A stretch of 64,000 bases of DNA, from positions 930,001-994,000 of the forward strand of contig OY253677.1 in the NCBI GenBank assembly GCA_958009085.1, given 5' to 3'. The position numbers and the translations under genes were made by a program. Origin of the DNA: Protoeuglena noctilucae. Lineage: Eukaryota. The notes under the pieces were generated by a model, which saw nothing but the letters and a program-made list of their open reading frames with translations, made no database searches and was not told the DNA's origin. Each line of letters opens with the position of its first letter. The stretch's first letter is position 1. This document shows, piece by piece, positions 36,848 through 49,700 of the stretch.

Positions 36848-39800
36848 ATGCCGCAGAAACAGACTGTTGTTCTCACAGCGATGCTACCCTTTCGAGGTGA
36901 GTAGCCTGTTGGCGTGGTAGGCCCCGCAGTTGGCGGAGAAACGGAACTGAAGATGGCAGTGGCACGCCAGTGGTGCTGGCGAGCGGCGCTTCTCAAGCTT
37001 GAATCCGAGTTGCGCCTCGCCACCTACACACCCCGTCGTCATCGCATCTGGACATCGACCCTTTGTCGGGGGGACGGGGCCCTGCCTTCCCGCTGAGTGC
37101 GGAGGTGCCGGCCCCGTCAACCCTGCCGCTCCACGATGCTATCTACGCCTCAGTGGCTATCCCGCCGTCGCTCCTTCGTTTGCGGCTCCCTGCGCGCATC
37201 TTTGCGTTGGCTTTCGGGGGTCCCCGAGACGGGGGGCGTCGCGTTCTCAGAGGCTGGGGAGTTTGTGGATCGCGATGGTCGATGGAAAGGCGATTTAATC
37301 GATGTGGGTCGGTACTGTGGCAGCTGGACGGTGGATGGGGCCGTGGGGAGGGCTGTCGAGGGCCAGGTGACGGGGGGAACAGCGGAGCGTGCTTATTGTG
37401 CCGCCACTCTCACTCTGCGTGACCGCCACGGCGTCTCGAGAACGCAGAGAGATGCAGAACGCGTCGCTCGGATGGCGCAGCGCCTGAGCCTCGCCGGTTT
37501 GCGGCTTGCGAGGGAGGGAGGGGCGGGCGTCGAGGGGCAGGGGACAGCGGAGGTGAGTTATGGCATCTTCGGCGGCTGCTGCGCTCCGGTCGCTCTGTTG
37601 CTGCCGATGAGCATCCTCGGGCGTCGTCGCAGGGAGCGGCACCGCGGTTGGCAACCCATGCTCTGCACCCTCAGCTGCTGCTGGAGGTGAGGGCATGCCT
37701 GGAGGGAGAGGGGCAGCTGTTCTGTCAGGGGCCCAACGACACCAGGCATTTGGCAATGAGCACTTTGGATAAGGACCATTCACGACAGCTACCGCCTGTC
37801 TCGCAGGAGACGCTCCTGGCCATCCGGGGTCCCCGGCCGGACGAAGGGGCGGCCACGTGGGTGGTCTCGCGCTGTGAGGGGCCCCTGCGGCGTCTCGCGT
37901 CCGCGTCTCCTTTGGCTGCGAGCACTCTCGTCGAGGGCATGACCAGCATCCTCATGCGACGCGCGGAGGGCGCGGGGTGAGCCTGCATGGACGGTGGCCC
38001 TAGCCATGGAGTGGCGCAGCGTCGGCCCTGGTCTCTCGGTGGTTCAACCCCCTTTTTGTGCTATGAAAAGCATGATTGCACTTTGCTCGCAGGGACCACG
38101 TGGTGGGGGAGGACGACGCTTTGGCCCTCCCACGCGCTGCGGCCCTCTTTGCCGAGGCACACGCGGCCGCGCAGGGGCGCCTGACGGACGCGGACGGACC
38201 CGGGTGGCGCGCGGCCTTGCGCCTGCTCCGCGCCGCCCTGCACCTCCTGCGCGCCCACCGGGCCCTGGAGTGGGCGGGGGGCGAGGGGGCCGGCCTGTCC
38301 CTTGCCACGCTGGAGGCCGTGCGCGGAGCAATGGTGGGCCTGGCCACGGGTCGATCCGTGCCCTTAGACGCCCTCCCCGTCGACGACATGGCCCTCTTCT
38401 GGCGCCGCGTCGCGGGGGGGCTGCGGTACGCCCTGCTCTTCGACAAGGGGTGAGGGCAGGCGCAGCGCAGGTGGTCGATGCCTACTTGCCGTGATGTCTG
38501 CGAATTACCATGCTGCGTGCCCCCGCAGTCGCCCCTCGCGCCCCTGGCTGGGCCACGGCGACCTGTCCCGCGTCTTGGGCATCCTGGGGGAGCACCTGAG
38601 CCTGGCCGGGGGTGACCCTCGGCGCGTGGTGCATGGGACGGACGCCGCGCGGCTGGTCGACTGCCTGGGCAGAACAGCGTACTTGCCGAGCACTGCTGAG
38701 GCACAGGTCGTGGCGACGCTCTTCGAGTGAGCCAGTGCAGCGCAGCGAGTGACTGGTGCGGGTGTCATGCCGTGCAAACTAGGATCCAATCATACTGAAA
38801 CCCTCCCCTGCCCAGTGTCGTCGCGGGCTGGCTCTCTGAGTCGGGCCACCAGCTGCACCGCTCCTCGCCGCCATCCGAGGCTGCACAGCGCCAGGCCAGG
38901 TTCCGCCGACAGAGGACGGGCACGTCTGCGGTGACGCCAAAGGACCAGCACATGGTGGACGGCCTGCTGGGGGGGATGCTGGCGTACGCAGCTCAGGTAG
39001 GAGCACAGTGCAGCGTCATGCCAGTGCACCGCACATCAGCATGCGCTCGCCTGTGCTCACCTTTTTAGCATGCCCCTCACTGCGCAGGCCCGCCCCGACC
39101 CCCACTCCCCGGAGATGCGCCGCTTCCTCTCCGCCCTGGCCAGCGTCGCCCACCTCCTCGGACCTGCCCTCCTGTCCGAGGCGCTCTACCACCTCCGGGA
39201 CTGGCTGGGGAGGGGCGCCCTCGCAGACAAGGGCCACGGTCCCCAGGTGTGACGCCCCTGCAGTCTGCGTGTGTCGATCATCACGATTAGACGCCACTGC
39301 ATGACTCTGCTTGTGTGTTTGTCATGCTCACCGCTGCATGCCCCCTTGCACGAGGCTTTGCAGGAGGCCCACGATGCCCTGGGTCGGCTGCTCGAGGCGA
39401 TGGACCCGGGCAAGGAATTTTGCGCCTCGCGGGCCCTCATTGCCTGCGCCAACCTCGGCTACACCCTCCCCACGGCCTTCCTCGCCGCCTGCGAGCCGGC
39501 CATCGTCAGCGGCCTCCAAAGGTGTGGCAGCTTAGCCACCTTAACAATGCCTCACATCGCCTGCGCCCATGCTGCTCCACCTGCACCCGTGCCACCCTGC
39601 CTGCACCCGTGCCGCCCCTTGCCCACACCCGCAGCCTCGACCTGCGCATGGCGCGCATCTCCGCTGCTGCCTTCTTCGCCCACGGCTACGTCCCCGGGGA
39701 GGCCTTCCGGGCGTCGCTCCTCAGCAAGGCACAGGCGTCGATGGCGAGTGGCGCGTGGGCTGATGACACTGAGAGGGCCTTTGCCCCGGCAGAGACGCTG

Positions 39801-40835
39801 CGGGCGCTGGTGTCGTGGGGGCACGATGTGGGGGAAGCCGAGGCGTGCCGTCTGGCGGAGGGCTTGCTTCGGGAGGCCGAGGGGGCCGCGGAGGGCGTGG
39901 GAGGGGGAGTTTCAAAGACACCGCAGGAGGCGTGGGCGCGGTGGCGGGACATCTCGCTCCCCCTGGTCATGTGCATGGAGGCGGCGCTGGTGGCCGGGTG
40001 GGAGGGCCTCCTGCGTCGCGCCACGGTGGCGGCGCTGGGTGCCGTGTCGCGATCCAGGAACCCTCAGATGGACTGGCACAGGTGGGGTTAGGGAGGAAGA
40101 GGTGGTCAATACTCGCAGTGACGCGGGGTGCGGATGTGACCCGCCCTTTCCCTCCGCGATCGCAGGGCCTTGCAGGGGGCCCTACCGGGGCGGCCAGGGG
40201 AAGCGGGGGACCCCGGGGCCACGGCGGGGGGAGGAGGGGCGCCGGTGGTCGGGTGGCATGCGTACGCATGCATGGTCCTGGCCGCGTCGGTTCTGCGACT
40301 GGAGCGCAGCGCACACCGCGCGGCCCTGACCCCGGCCACCCTCCACGAGGGTCTGCGGCTGGCGGTGCTCTCGGGACTGTCCGCGTCCCTGGCGCGCCTC
40401 AGCTGGGCCCTGGCTGCCGACGCCCGCTTCTCCGCGCGCCTGGAGGGCCTGCGCCGCGCCCTCACCGCTGCCGGGACTGGGACCGTCGCCCCCCACCTGT
40501 GCCTGGTGATGCAGGGGCCCGCGGGACAGCCCCTGGTGCTGGGGTGGTGCCCCCTGGCCGTCACGGCATGCGGCCGCACCGTGGGGGTCCTCCCCGCCCT
40601 GTCCAGGGGCGCCCTGGCCTGCACTGCGGAGGGGCGCACGGTGGCGGTGGGCATCGACCGCCTCCTGGCCGTGGCAGCCGAGTGCATGGGACAGCAGGTG
40701 GTGCACGTGTGCCCTTGGGGACAGGACCCCGAGGTGGCGGGGGAGGAGGCGGTGCGGGCGGTGGTGCGCGCTTTGGGGGAGGGGCGGGACGAGGAGGGGA
40801 GCGGGGAGGGTGAGAGCTACGGCGGGGTGTCATGA
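36848..40835 (+). CDS. Helical-repeat protein with a C-terminal RAP-like domain (putative organellar RNA-binding protein)
   Basis: Multiple Ala/Leu helical exons (ALIACANLGY..., RISAAAFFAHGY). The C-terminus AVGIDRLLAVAAECMGQQVVHVCPW resembles the RAP 'L...G..VV.V..W' end. TGA at 40835. Start uncertain. Confidence 0.4.
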
Positions 40836-40988
40836 GGTAGAACTGGCATGCCCTGATGCAATGCGACCATTCAAAGCCTGCTCTCGGCCAAAACGCAAAG
40901 ATGGCGACCGCAGCAGCAACAGCTCTACACAAGTGCTTCTCACAGCAAATGCGGCGATATGTCGGCATAGCAAAACGTTGGCAACCAC

Positions 40989-42347
40989 TCACGGCTGACG
41001 CGTCTGTTTTGACGCGTCGCCGCCGCCCTCAGCCGTGCCTTCCCCCTTGTCCTCTCCCTCCACATGGATGGTGTCTGAAATGCTGTAACCCTCGTCGGGG
41101 ATGTTGGGAGGGTTGCGGCCCTTGGCAGGGGCCGCCATGGTGCGCCAGTCTTGCCCCAGAGTGGGGCTGTGGCCGGGTGTGGTGCCCCAGACGTGGCCGT
41201 TCAGGTAGCGAGTGGAGTCGAACGCCTCGTCCTGGCGACGCCCCACGTCCGTGGCAGAGTAGCCAGACCGCGTGACGAAACCTGGTCACAGAAGGAGAGG
41301 GGCACGTGTCATATCTGTGTGCCATTCAAATCCATGGCACGGCACGGAAGGGTCGTCGGCCCGCACCTGCGCGGGCCTGCTCGGCGGCTTCATCGCATGC
41401 AGGACGAGCCCTGCCCCCCTGCGTGCGCTGGGACGGGGGTCTCGGGGACAAGGGGGGCCTCTGACTCTGCCAGCAGGCACCCGTGGGTATGCCAGGCGCC
41501 ACGTACATCACCAGCACACCCAGCACGCGCCCCTCACCTCCGCCCTTCTCCCCCGACCCATTGTCCTGCAGGTACGCCTGCCACAGCACCTCCTTGGCGG
41601 ACGCAGTGTGGCTCGTTACCCTGGCCAGCCCTGCCAGGTCCTCCGGGTCCATCCGCATGGCGTCCTTGGCTGCGTCGTCCGACTCCGCCAGCACCAGGAT
41701 GGGCTGCCCCACCTCCACGTGCTGCCCCTCCTCCACCAGCAGCCGCCCCACGTAGCCCTCGTCCGCCAGCTCCACTTGCAGCCGCGACACGCCCGCCAAC
41801 TTGCCCACCTTCTCCCCCGGCGGGACCAGGTTATCCGTCTCGACCTCCGCCACAACCGCGTTGGCCGGCACAAAGTCGCCGTGCGCGACCTTCCAATGCG
41901 CCACCCGCCCCGACGTCATCTCGTGGCTGAGCTTCGGCATCTTTAGGAACGCCACCCGGTCTGCGGAGTCTTGAAGGGCCTCGATCGACACCGAAGGCCC
42001 ATTGTCATAACCACTAGCACATACAAAAACAGTACAGTCGCGTGGAGACCATCGACGGCCTCGGCGCGGGCCCCAGCCTCGCCTTTGATGGCCGCTGCCG
42101 TGCTCGCCGCCCGCGAGGCGAACGCAGGAGATAGGGGGGCGCGATCGAGCACATTCGTCGCAACGCCTTCGATTGGCGACACGCCGGGTGAAGGCCCGCG
42201 CTGAACGAATGCGCCGGGCAGAGTCGATGCACCTCCACACAGCACGACCGCGCCAACAGCGCCGACGTCGCGCCGAAGGCTCGCGCCCGATGCAGCCCCG
42301 AAGAGCCGCATGCTCACGGGCAGGAGGCGCGCGCAGGATGGCGGCAT
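40989..42347 (-). CDS. Stand-alone biotin/lipoyl-attachment-domain protein with an organellar presequence
   Basis: LKMPKLSHEMTSGRVAHWKVAHGDFV...AEVETD...DEGYVGRLLVEEGQHVEVGQPILVL is an E2-type lipoyl domain. No catalytic domain follows. Confidence 0.75.
41084..41088 (+). promoter_or_regulatory. TGTAA poly(A) signal candidate for the RAP-like gene
   Basis: TGTAA about 250 nt after the stop at 40835. Confidence 0.35.
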
Positions 42348-42716
42348 GGCGCCCAGAATGCGTGGAGGTGGACAGCGCCAACTGGAAACACCGTCAACAG
42401 GGCCCAGCCCTTTCACGCCGTCGGATGGACCGGCACAACTGGGCTCGCAGGACGTGCACGGACAGTCTCATGGGCGAAACGTGTCCATGACCAGCGTCAT
42501 GCATGCGCCAGTGTTTACCAGGTGTCGTGTCTTAGTGCTGTGCACTGTGCACGTGGGGCGCGATCTCCTCGTCTCGACTCTATGGCCTTTCAAAGAGGGT
42601 CCATCCCGGTTGCCCACCCCCAGCGTGCAGGCACGGCAGTCGTCGGCGGCACCCTCCCGCCAGGCCACGCTCCCCAGTCAACAAACCAGCATAAACCCCA
42701 GGGCCGACGCGTTGGC

Positions 42717-43661
42717 CTACTCGGCGCTGCCGCCGACCGCCCGCGTGTAGATGGCCTGCGCATGGTGCACGTTGACGGGCTTGATCGCGCCCTTGGCCAG
42801 GAGCTCCTTCAGCGCGGCGCGGGCCAGCGAGCCCGAGATCCGGAGGCGGTCCGACAGAGTGGAGACCGTGATGAGCTTGGACTTGACAACCTCGTTGTTG
42901 AGCTGCGGGGACGAGGCGGGGACGAGCGGAGGATTGAGCCAAGCGACGGGCCGGCGCACGGCCGCCTAGCAAAGCTGTTACAGATGCAGGAAAGCCCGCA
43001 TGCAGAGGCCAGGAGCGCAAGGCCGGCGCAAGGAGAGGGTGCCAACCGGGGGCTGCCGACCGCTGCACCGTGTGCCAAGGCGGGCGCCCGCACCTTCTCG
43101 TACGTGGCCTTGTCGAAGAGGACTAAGTTGTTGACCTTCTCCTTCAGCTTGCCCTGCAGGAAGCACCGGGGACGGGCCGAGGTTGCCCGGTGTGCAGAAA
43201 GCGACGGTCGCAGGGCCGAAGGCACCCACGCCGGGGCGGGAGAGCCCCCGCGGAGAGCCCAGCGAGCGAGAGACACGATCACAGGGCTGAGCACGCCTCG
43301 CAGCTCGCCTTCGACCACTTCTTCTTCTTCCCCTTGGACGCGTTGGCCGCGGCCAGGGCCTTGGCGGCCTTGGACGCCTGGATCTTCGGCGGCTGCGGGC
43401 AACGCGACGAGGAGGCCGTTTACTACCAGGCCAGGCGCGACGCTCAGCCCCGACGGCCCCGGGGCGCTGCAACGCGGCCAGAAGGGGCAGGCGGGTCGGC
43501 GTGGCGGGAAACGCGCGCGGAGGCGGGCCGACGACCTCTCATGAGATCAAGCAACAAGTTCACGGGCAAGGATGCCCGAGGGGAGCGCGAACGGCCCAGT
43601 CGTGGCTAGTCGTCCCGCGTCGTCGACGGCGGGGGCCACGGTGGCGCTCATCGCTCACCAT
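42717..43661 (-). CDS. RPS25: 40S ribosomal protein eS25
   Basis: M|PPKIQASKAAKAL...KGKKKKWSK|GKLKEKVNNLVLFDKATYEK|LNNEVVKSKLITVSTLSDRLRISGSLARAALKEL..KGAIK..HHAQAIYTRA. Confidence 0.97.
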
Positions 43662-43819
43662 TTTGGCGTCTTTTTCCCTCCGAAAGGCAGGACCCGGGCG
43701 CCCGGCCCTCCTCTTGGCGCTCCCGGTCGAGTCAGGTGCTGCGCCAGAAAAAAGTTTCAATCGAGGGGGACCCAAGGGCCCGAAAAGTCGCCGCTTCGAC
43801 GCGTCCCACCCCGCGCGAC

Positions 43820-46289
43820 TCAGGCTAATGGCACGGCGAGGTCTTTGCGCGCCGTGGCGATGATCTCGGCCATCGGGGCGTCCGTTTTCAGCGCCTCGGT
43901 CGAGAACTGGGTCAGGCTCGCCGCGAAACCGCGCAGCCGCAGTGCGTCCACCATGCTCGCAGGGCTGCGTGGGCAGCGTGGGCGGGGAGGGTCTGGTGGT
44001 GCCCAAAACAACTGCCCTGGGAGGGGTGCAAACGCGCGCATGGCTGCTCCCTCACCTGGGCGTCTCGCGGAGACGTCCGAGACGCGCCACGTCCGCCACG
44101 GGCACGTACCACGGCGGGAGGGCCGCGTCCCCCTCCTCGTCCATCGCGGCCAGCACGGAGGCGAGCTGCCCCTCCCGCACCCGCCCTCGCTTGGGCAGCG
44201 GGAATTCGCAGTCGCTGCCCGCGCTGCCAGCCTCGTCACGCGGCAACGCAACCCGAGCGGCGCTGTCCCCGCCCCTGCCCCCCCTCGCCACCTCCCCCGC
44301 CAGCCCGTCCACTTTGTCAAAGAGTGCCACGAACTCCTCCACAATGTCCGACACGTCCACCACCTCGTCCTCGTCCCCCTCCTCCGCCCCCTTGACGGCC
44401 GCCATCACCGGCCCCGGCAGCGGACCCCGACTCTCTGTGCTGCCTGCTTGAAGAGCCCCCCCTGCCGCCCCTTGGGAATCCCCCACTGCCCCCTGGTGCC
44501 GACTTGGTGGGCTGGCGCCATTGGCCCACCCCCGCGCCACAGCCTCGTGGGCCAGCCGCGCAACGAACGCCCGCGAATGCAGCGGCCCCACCCAAAGTGG
44601 CCCCTGCACGACGACGCTGTCCGGGTCCACCTCGGGCCCCACCAGCGCCGCCGCAGATGCGAGCCTGCGTGCGCGGAGATCGGCTCATCGATGCACCGAA
44701 TAGGTCCATTCGCACCCAGCGCAAGCCAAGTGCGCGGCGGCACCTCTCAATGGGCACCACGGCCCAGTCTCCCGACGCAGGGTCGTGCGCGATGTACGCG
44801 ATGGCCTCCGCGGCCCCCACGGCCTCCCTCCCGCGGCTCTGGAAGGTACACCGAAGCACGGGCCCGTGGGACGAATACTGGCTGAAGGCCGGCTCCAGCC
44901 GCACGCCCTGCTGACTCGCAGCCAGCACCGTGCGCGCGATGAGGGCCCTGCGGGGTGAGGGAGCAGGCGCGACGATGACGAGGCGGGCGAAGCAGCGTCG
45001 CGGCGCCGCGCCCGTGGTGTGCCGGGCGTCACCTCAAGACCAGCTCGTCCCCGCACGGCCCGGGCAGCACGGCCGCCCCAAGGTGGGCGAGGCACTGGGC
45101 GGGGCGGTGGCCCCCGCACGCCGGCCCATCCGACACGGCCACCGTCAGCAGCCCCCCGAACCTCAAGGCGCCGACGGCCGGGGTCAGCACCGCCCCCGGC
45201 AGTCCAAACGCATCCACATCGACGACGTCCATGAAGTCCTCGGACAGGAAGGCGTGGGCCAGGACGCGGGAGGCGTCGAAGTGCGACACCCGCCAGGGGA
45301 CCGCCCCGTTTGGCAGCCCCAGCCCTGCCCAGTGGTGGGACGAGGCCTTGGGCTCCCAGGCCAACCTGAGGAGGGCATGGGGAGCAGGTAACGGCGCTGG
45401 CGGCACGGGGAGGGTGACATCGTCGGTAGGTTCGCACGCTGTCGTGAGATGAGTCCGAAGGGGGTGAGGGGCGTGCATCTGCAGCACATGCTTCTCACCC
45501 CTGCAGCCCCTCCAGCTTGACCCCCTGGACGGACCCAGTCTGGTTGCAGCTTTCGTCCGATGTCCCCTCTCGCCCATCGCCCTCAACCTGGCCCAGGGCG
45601 TCCGTGGCACCCTGGCGCTGGTCCGCCCGCAGCTGTGCCGCCCGCCTGCATATTGCCCACGACCACGTCGTGAGAATTTGGGTTGGCGTCGTTTGCCCAC
45701 ACAAAGTCCGCGTTCGCCTGCACCAGATATCGGCCGGCGCTGCGGGAAGCGGGAAAGGCGCGCTTGGCACGGCAGCCCCCTCACGCTCCGCTGGCAGCCC
45801 TGCGTCACTCACCGGACTCCGCAGCCAGTCATGAGGTCCAACACGCGCAGCCTCCCCGTATCTTTCCGAACCACCGACGCGGCCAGCACGGCCAGGTCCC
45901 TGCGCGGGCGCGGCGGCTGTTGACCTTCGGTGGCTGCTTTACTCGCTGGCCACTCGCCATCCACAGCGCGGCGAGGGTGGCTCGCACCTGGCAACCGCGC
46001 TCTCGTCCCGATAGAAGAGGGAACCATCGGAAAACTCAAAGCCGCGCTCGCATCGGAGATGCGCGCCTTCCTCGGCATCCGGGCGTGCCTGTGCGTTGGC
46101 CGTAGCTGCCGCGCCCGGCCGACAGATGTGGCGACTTCCCGATGTCCTCAAGTGCCGGTAGAGCCTCCCGCCCGACGAAGCCACCAGTCTACTACAGCGG
46201 AGACGGCCGGGGTCGGGCGGCCCGCAGACAGGGAGAGCGCGCGATATAGCATGCGCGCCGGCCCAACAGGAGGGCCCGGGCGCAGCCAT
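43820..46289 (-). CDS. TRM1: tRNA (guanine-26-N2)-dimethyltransferase, organellar-type Trm1
   Basis: ERGFEF...FYRDESAVAR|DLAVLAA, RVLDLMTGCGVR (SAM motif), VWANDAN, DVVDVDAFG, GPLWVGPLH, FAASLTQFSTEALKTDAPM. Confidence 0.88.
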
Positions 46290-46712
46290 CGTCAGTGACG
46301 GATGGCAGTGACGAGGTGCGCTTTTGCGATATCACACTGATATTGCACTCAACCCGTACACCTGACCCAGCTCAGCGAAGAGGCGGCGAAGAGATGATGG
46401 ATGTGGGGGGCGGGGAGAAGGAAGCAAGCGAAGGTTGCTGGTGTGAACCGTATGGGCGCGCACGCTCGCAGTCATGCCAGGCGCAGCGCCAGTGGGCTCC
46501 TTGCTGGCGAGGCTGGACCATCTTTTTTCATGGCGCTTACGTGTGCCTCGCTGCAAACACGTCAGTGACACATCGGTCACCCCTGCATGACGTGACATCG
46601 CTTCGTTCGCCCTCCCGCCCAACGAGAGTTTGAGTGCGACAGCTCTACTGGCGGAGGCCGGGGGGCTCGCCGCGCCCGCGTCCCGGGAGCTGAGACGACT
46701 TCGCGGCTCGCT

Positions 46713-49700
46713 ATGGACGAGCTGGATATCGACGACCTCGTGCGGGAAGACCAGGTGCGCTGCACGGTGCACGTATTTCCCACTCGGCCCCCGCGTGCGG
46801 CGTGTCGTCTGCCGAACAGCCCCACGTGCATCGCTCAGTGCTATGTTCATAAGAAGAGCTCTCATCGTCGGGCGCCCTGCGGCCCTCGCGCTTGCGGCAC
46901 CGCAGGCTGGCTGGCGCCAGGCTGTGCCCCCTCTCGCGCCGCTTCGCAGCAATGGATGCAGGATGAGGAGTACCTGGAGGACGAGGAGGCCATGATGGAC
47001 TGCACGGACGCGGGTCAGCTCCGAGGCGGGACCCATCCCTCCCGCCTCAACCGCCCCACCGCGTCGGCGTCCGTGCACCAGCCCACGCCCTGCACGGCGC
47101 TGTCCGGCCTCGCAAGCGCCACGCAGGCGACGGAGGGACCCCCGCTCGACACGCAGCGGGGCGAGGACCTCCTGGCGTTGGCCGCTGGCCCACTCACGCA
47201 GACACAGGGCGGGGTCAGGGAGGTGCCCGGACCTGACGAGGAGGCAAGGGGCTGCGGGGCGAACGCAGCGGATGGCGCTGCCCATGACTGCAACACCCAG
47301 ACTTTCACATCCAAGATGTCGTGGCCTGTTGTCGGACTCTTAGTCACGACCCACGCTCCTCCTATCCCCCGCAGCTCCCCCGCCTCCACTGGCACCGCGG
47401 CGAGGCGTCCTGGGACCCCTCGGGGCCCTTCTCGGTGGAGATCACAGCCCCGGACATGGGCGACCGCGTATACTGCTGCGCGTTGGAAGCAGAGGCCGCG
47501 GCACTAGATGGGGCGGGGCTGGGGACGGGCATGCATGCGGCACTGCGGGGAGCGGAGCAGAGGGACACGCTGCTGACCAAGGCGAGCGGGCTGTCGAGGG
47601 TGTTGTTGCGACGCACATGTGATGCACTAGTGGTTGAGGTGCCTGGTTGCCACCATGCATGCTGGCCCATCCTGTTGCCCCTGCGCGGTCGCAGCCGATC
47701 GATCAGCTGATGCGGGAGGTGGAGGCCATGCACGTGGAGCGCATTCTGGAACTGACGCGGCGGGAGCAGCAGGCCGCGGAGGCCCTGGGGGCGGGGGACA
47801 CTCCCACTGACGACGCCAGGGAGGGGGAGGGGCACGGGCAGCTGTGGGTGGACAAGCACGCGCCCAAGGTGGGGCTGGCGTGACTCTGCTACCATTTACA
47901 TTGAAAGTGCGTGTCCTGCATCAGCGCTTTCCAGTTACACTCATTGTGTTATGACATGTGTACCATGACGCCCTGCCCCACACTGCTGCAGCGCTACACT
48001 GATCTTCTGAGCCCCGAGAGCGTCAACCGCGAGGTTCTCGCGTGGCTGCGTTCCTGGGACGCGTGCGTGTTCCGCCGCCCCGTCCCCGACGCCGTGCTGC
48101 AGCTGGGGGCGGGCGCCGTGCGGCACGACTTCCATTGGTCCGAGGCGAGGAGGGAGGCCACAAGGAGGAGGGCGGGCGACGCGGAGGCGGCAGCGTGGCA
48201 GCTCGGACCCGACAAGCGGCCCCGGCATAAGGCGAGGCCGGGCATGCAACGGGTGACGCTGGATGCAAGCCTTGCCTGCACTGGTGTGCGACCAAAACGC
48301 AAGCGTCGCCCCCACCCAGATCATCCTCCTCTGCGGCCCCCCCGGCATGGGCAAGACGACCCTGGCCCACGTGGCTGCCGCCCAGTGTGGTTACCGCGTC
48401 GTGGAGGTCAATGCCTCGGACGACCGCACAGGGTCGGCCCTGGCCACGCGCATCGCAGACGCGGCGTCCAATCGATCCGTCACGGCAGACAGGAGGCCCG
48501 TGTGGTGAGATACAGACAGACGCACCTGGCCCAGCCCCACCGCTTGTGCGCTCGCATGTGCCCTGTGGCCATCGCCTAATGCACCCCCCTGCTGCAGCGT
48601 CATTGTGGACGAGGTCGACGGTGTGCTGGGCGGCGAGTGCCAGGGGGCGGTGGCCGCGCTGCTTTCCCTGGTGCGCAGCGAGGGGGGGCGGCAGGGGCAG
48701 GGGGGGACCATGGGAGGGGACGCGGGGGTGGCATCCGACAGCGACGACGAGGGCCGGGCGGCGCCGACCACGCCCGCGCGCAAGACGCCGGTGCGTGGCG
48801 GCGCCTCCCCCCTGCGCGGCGGGGCTTCCCCTTTCCGCGACTCTGGGTCGGGGCGGCGGGGGCGGATGGGCACGGGCGCTCCCCGGGCGCTGCTGCGCCC
48901 CGTCATCTGCATCTGCAACGACGTGTCGGCCCCGGCCCTGCGACCCCTCAAGGAGGTGGCGCGCGTCTTCCACTTCACGCGCCCCAGGTGGGACGTAGTT
49001 ACATGCCGCCTGCCTCCGCTGCTACCCTCTCATGTGCCACCGCAAGCGAAAAGCTTTTCGCTTTTTCAAGCGCCTCTGTCACGCAATGCGACGTGCTCTG
49101 ACGTGTCAACTCTGCCATTCCCCATGTCGTGTTTCGCAGCGTTGCCGCCGTCACCGACCGACTCCGCGACGTGGCGCGGTCCGAGGGCGTCCGCACCGAC
49201 CTGCGCGCTTTGCAGGTGCTGTGCGACAAGACGGGCGCCGACGTGCGCGCCTGCCTCCACACGCTGCAGTTCGTGCACCGCCAGGGCAGGCACCTCACGG
49301 TGGCCGATGTCCTGGGAATGACATTCGGTGCCAAGGACATGACCAAGGCAAGGGGGTACTTGCTAGCGATAAGCAAGTTGCGTGGGTATCTACACAGTCG
49401 GACTTGGTTGCCAACCACAGCCTTTCTCTCCATGACCCCCGCAGTCCATCTTCCAGCTCTGGGACGACCTCTTCCACACGCCCTTTGCCGACCACGCCTC
49501 GGCACCCGCCTCGGGCACCCTGTCCCTCTTCCACACCCTCCAGGGCCACGGCGACTACGGCGTCGTCGCCGCCGGGTGCTTCGAGAACGTCACGGCTGTC
49601 TTGGGCGGCGACAGCGCTGTGGACCGACGCGCCGGCCCCGCTGCTGCCGCCCTCTCCGCGGCCGACGCCCTGGCCACCGCCGCCGCGAGGAGGGGGGACT

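Noticed and set aside
43396..43658. Intronic snoRNA in RPS25 intron 1
   Set aside because: No convincing C/D box pair with a terminal stem, and no H/ACA layout visible.
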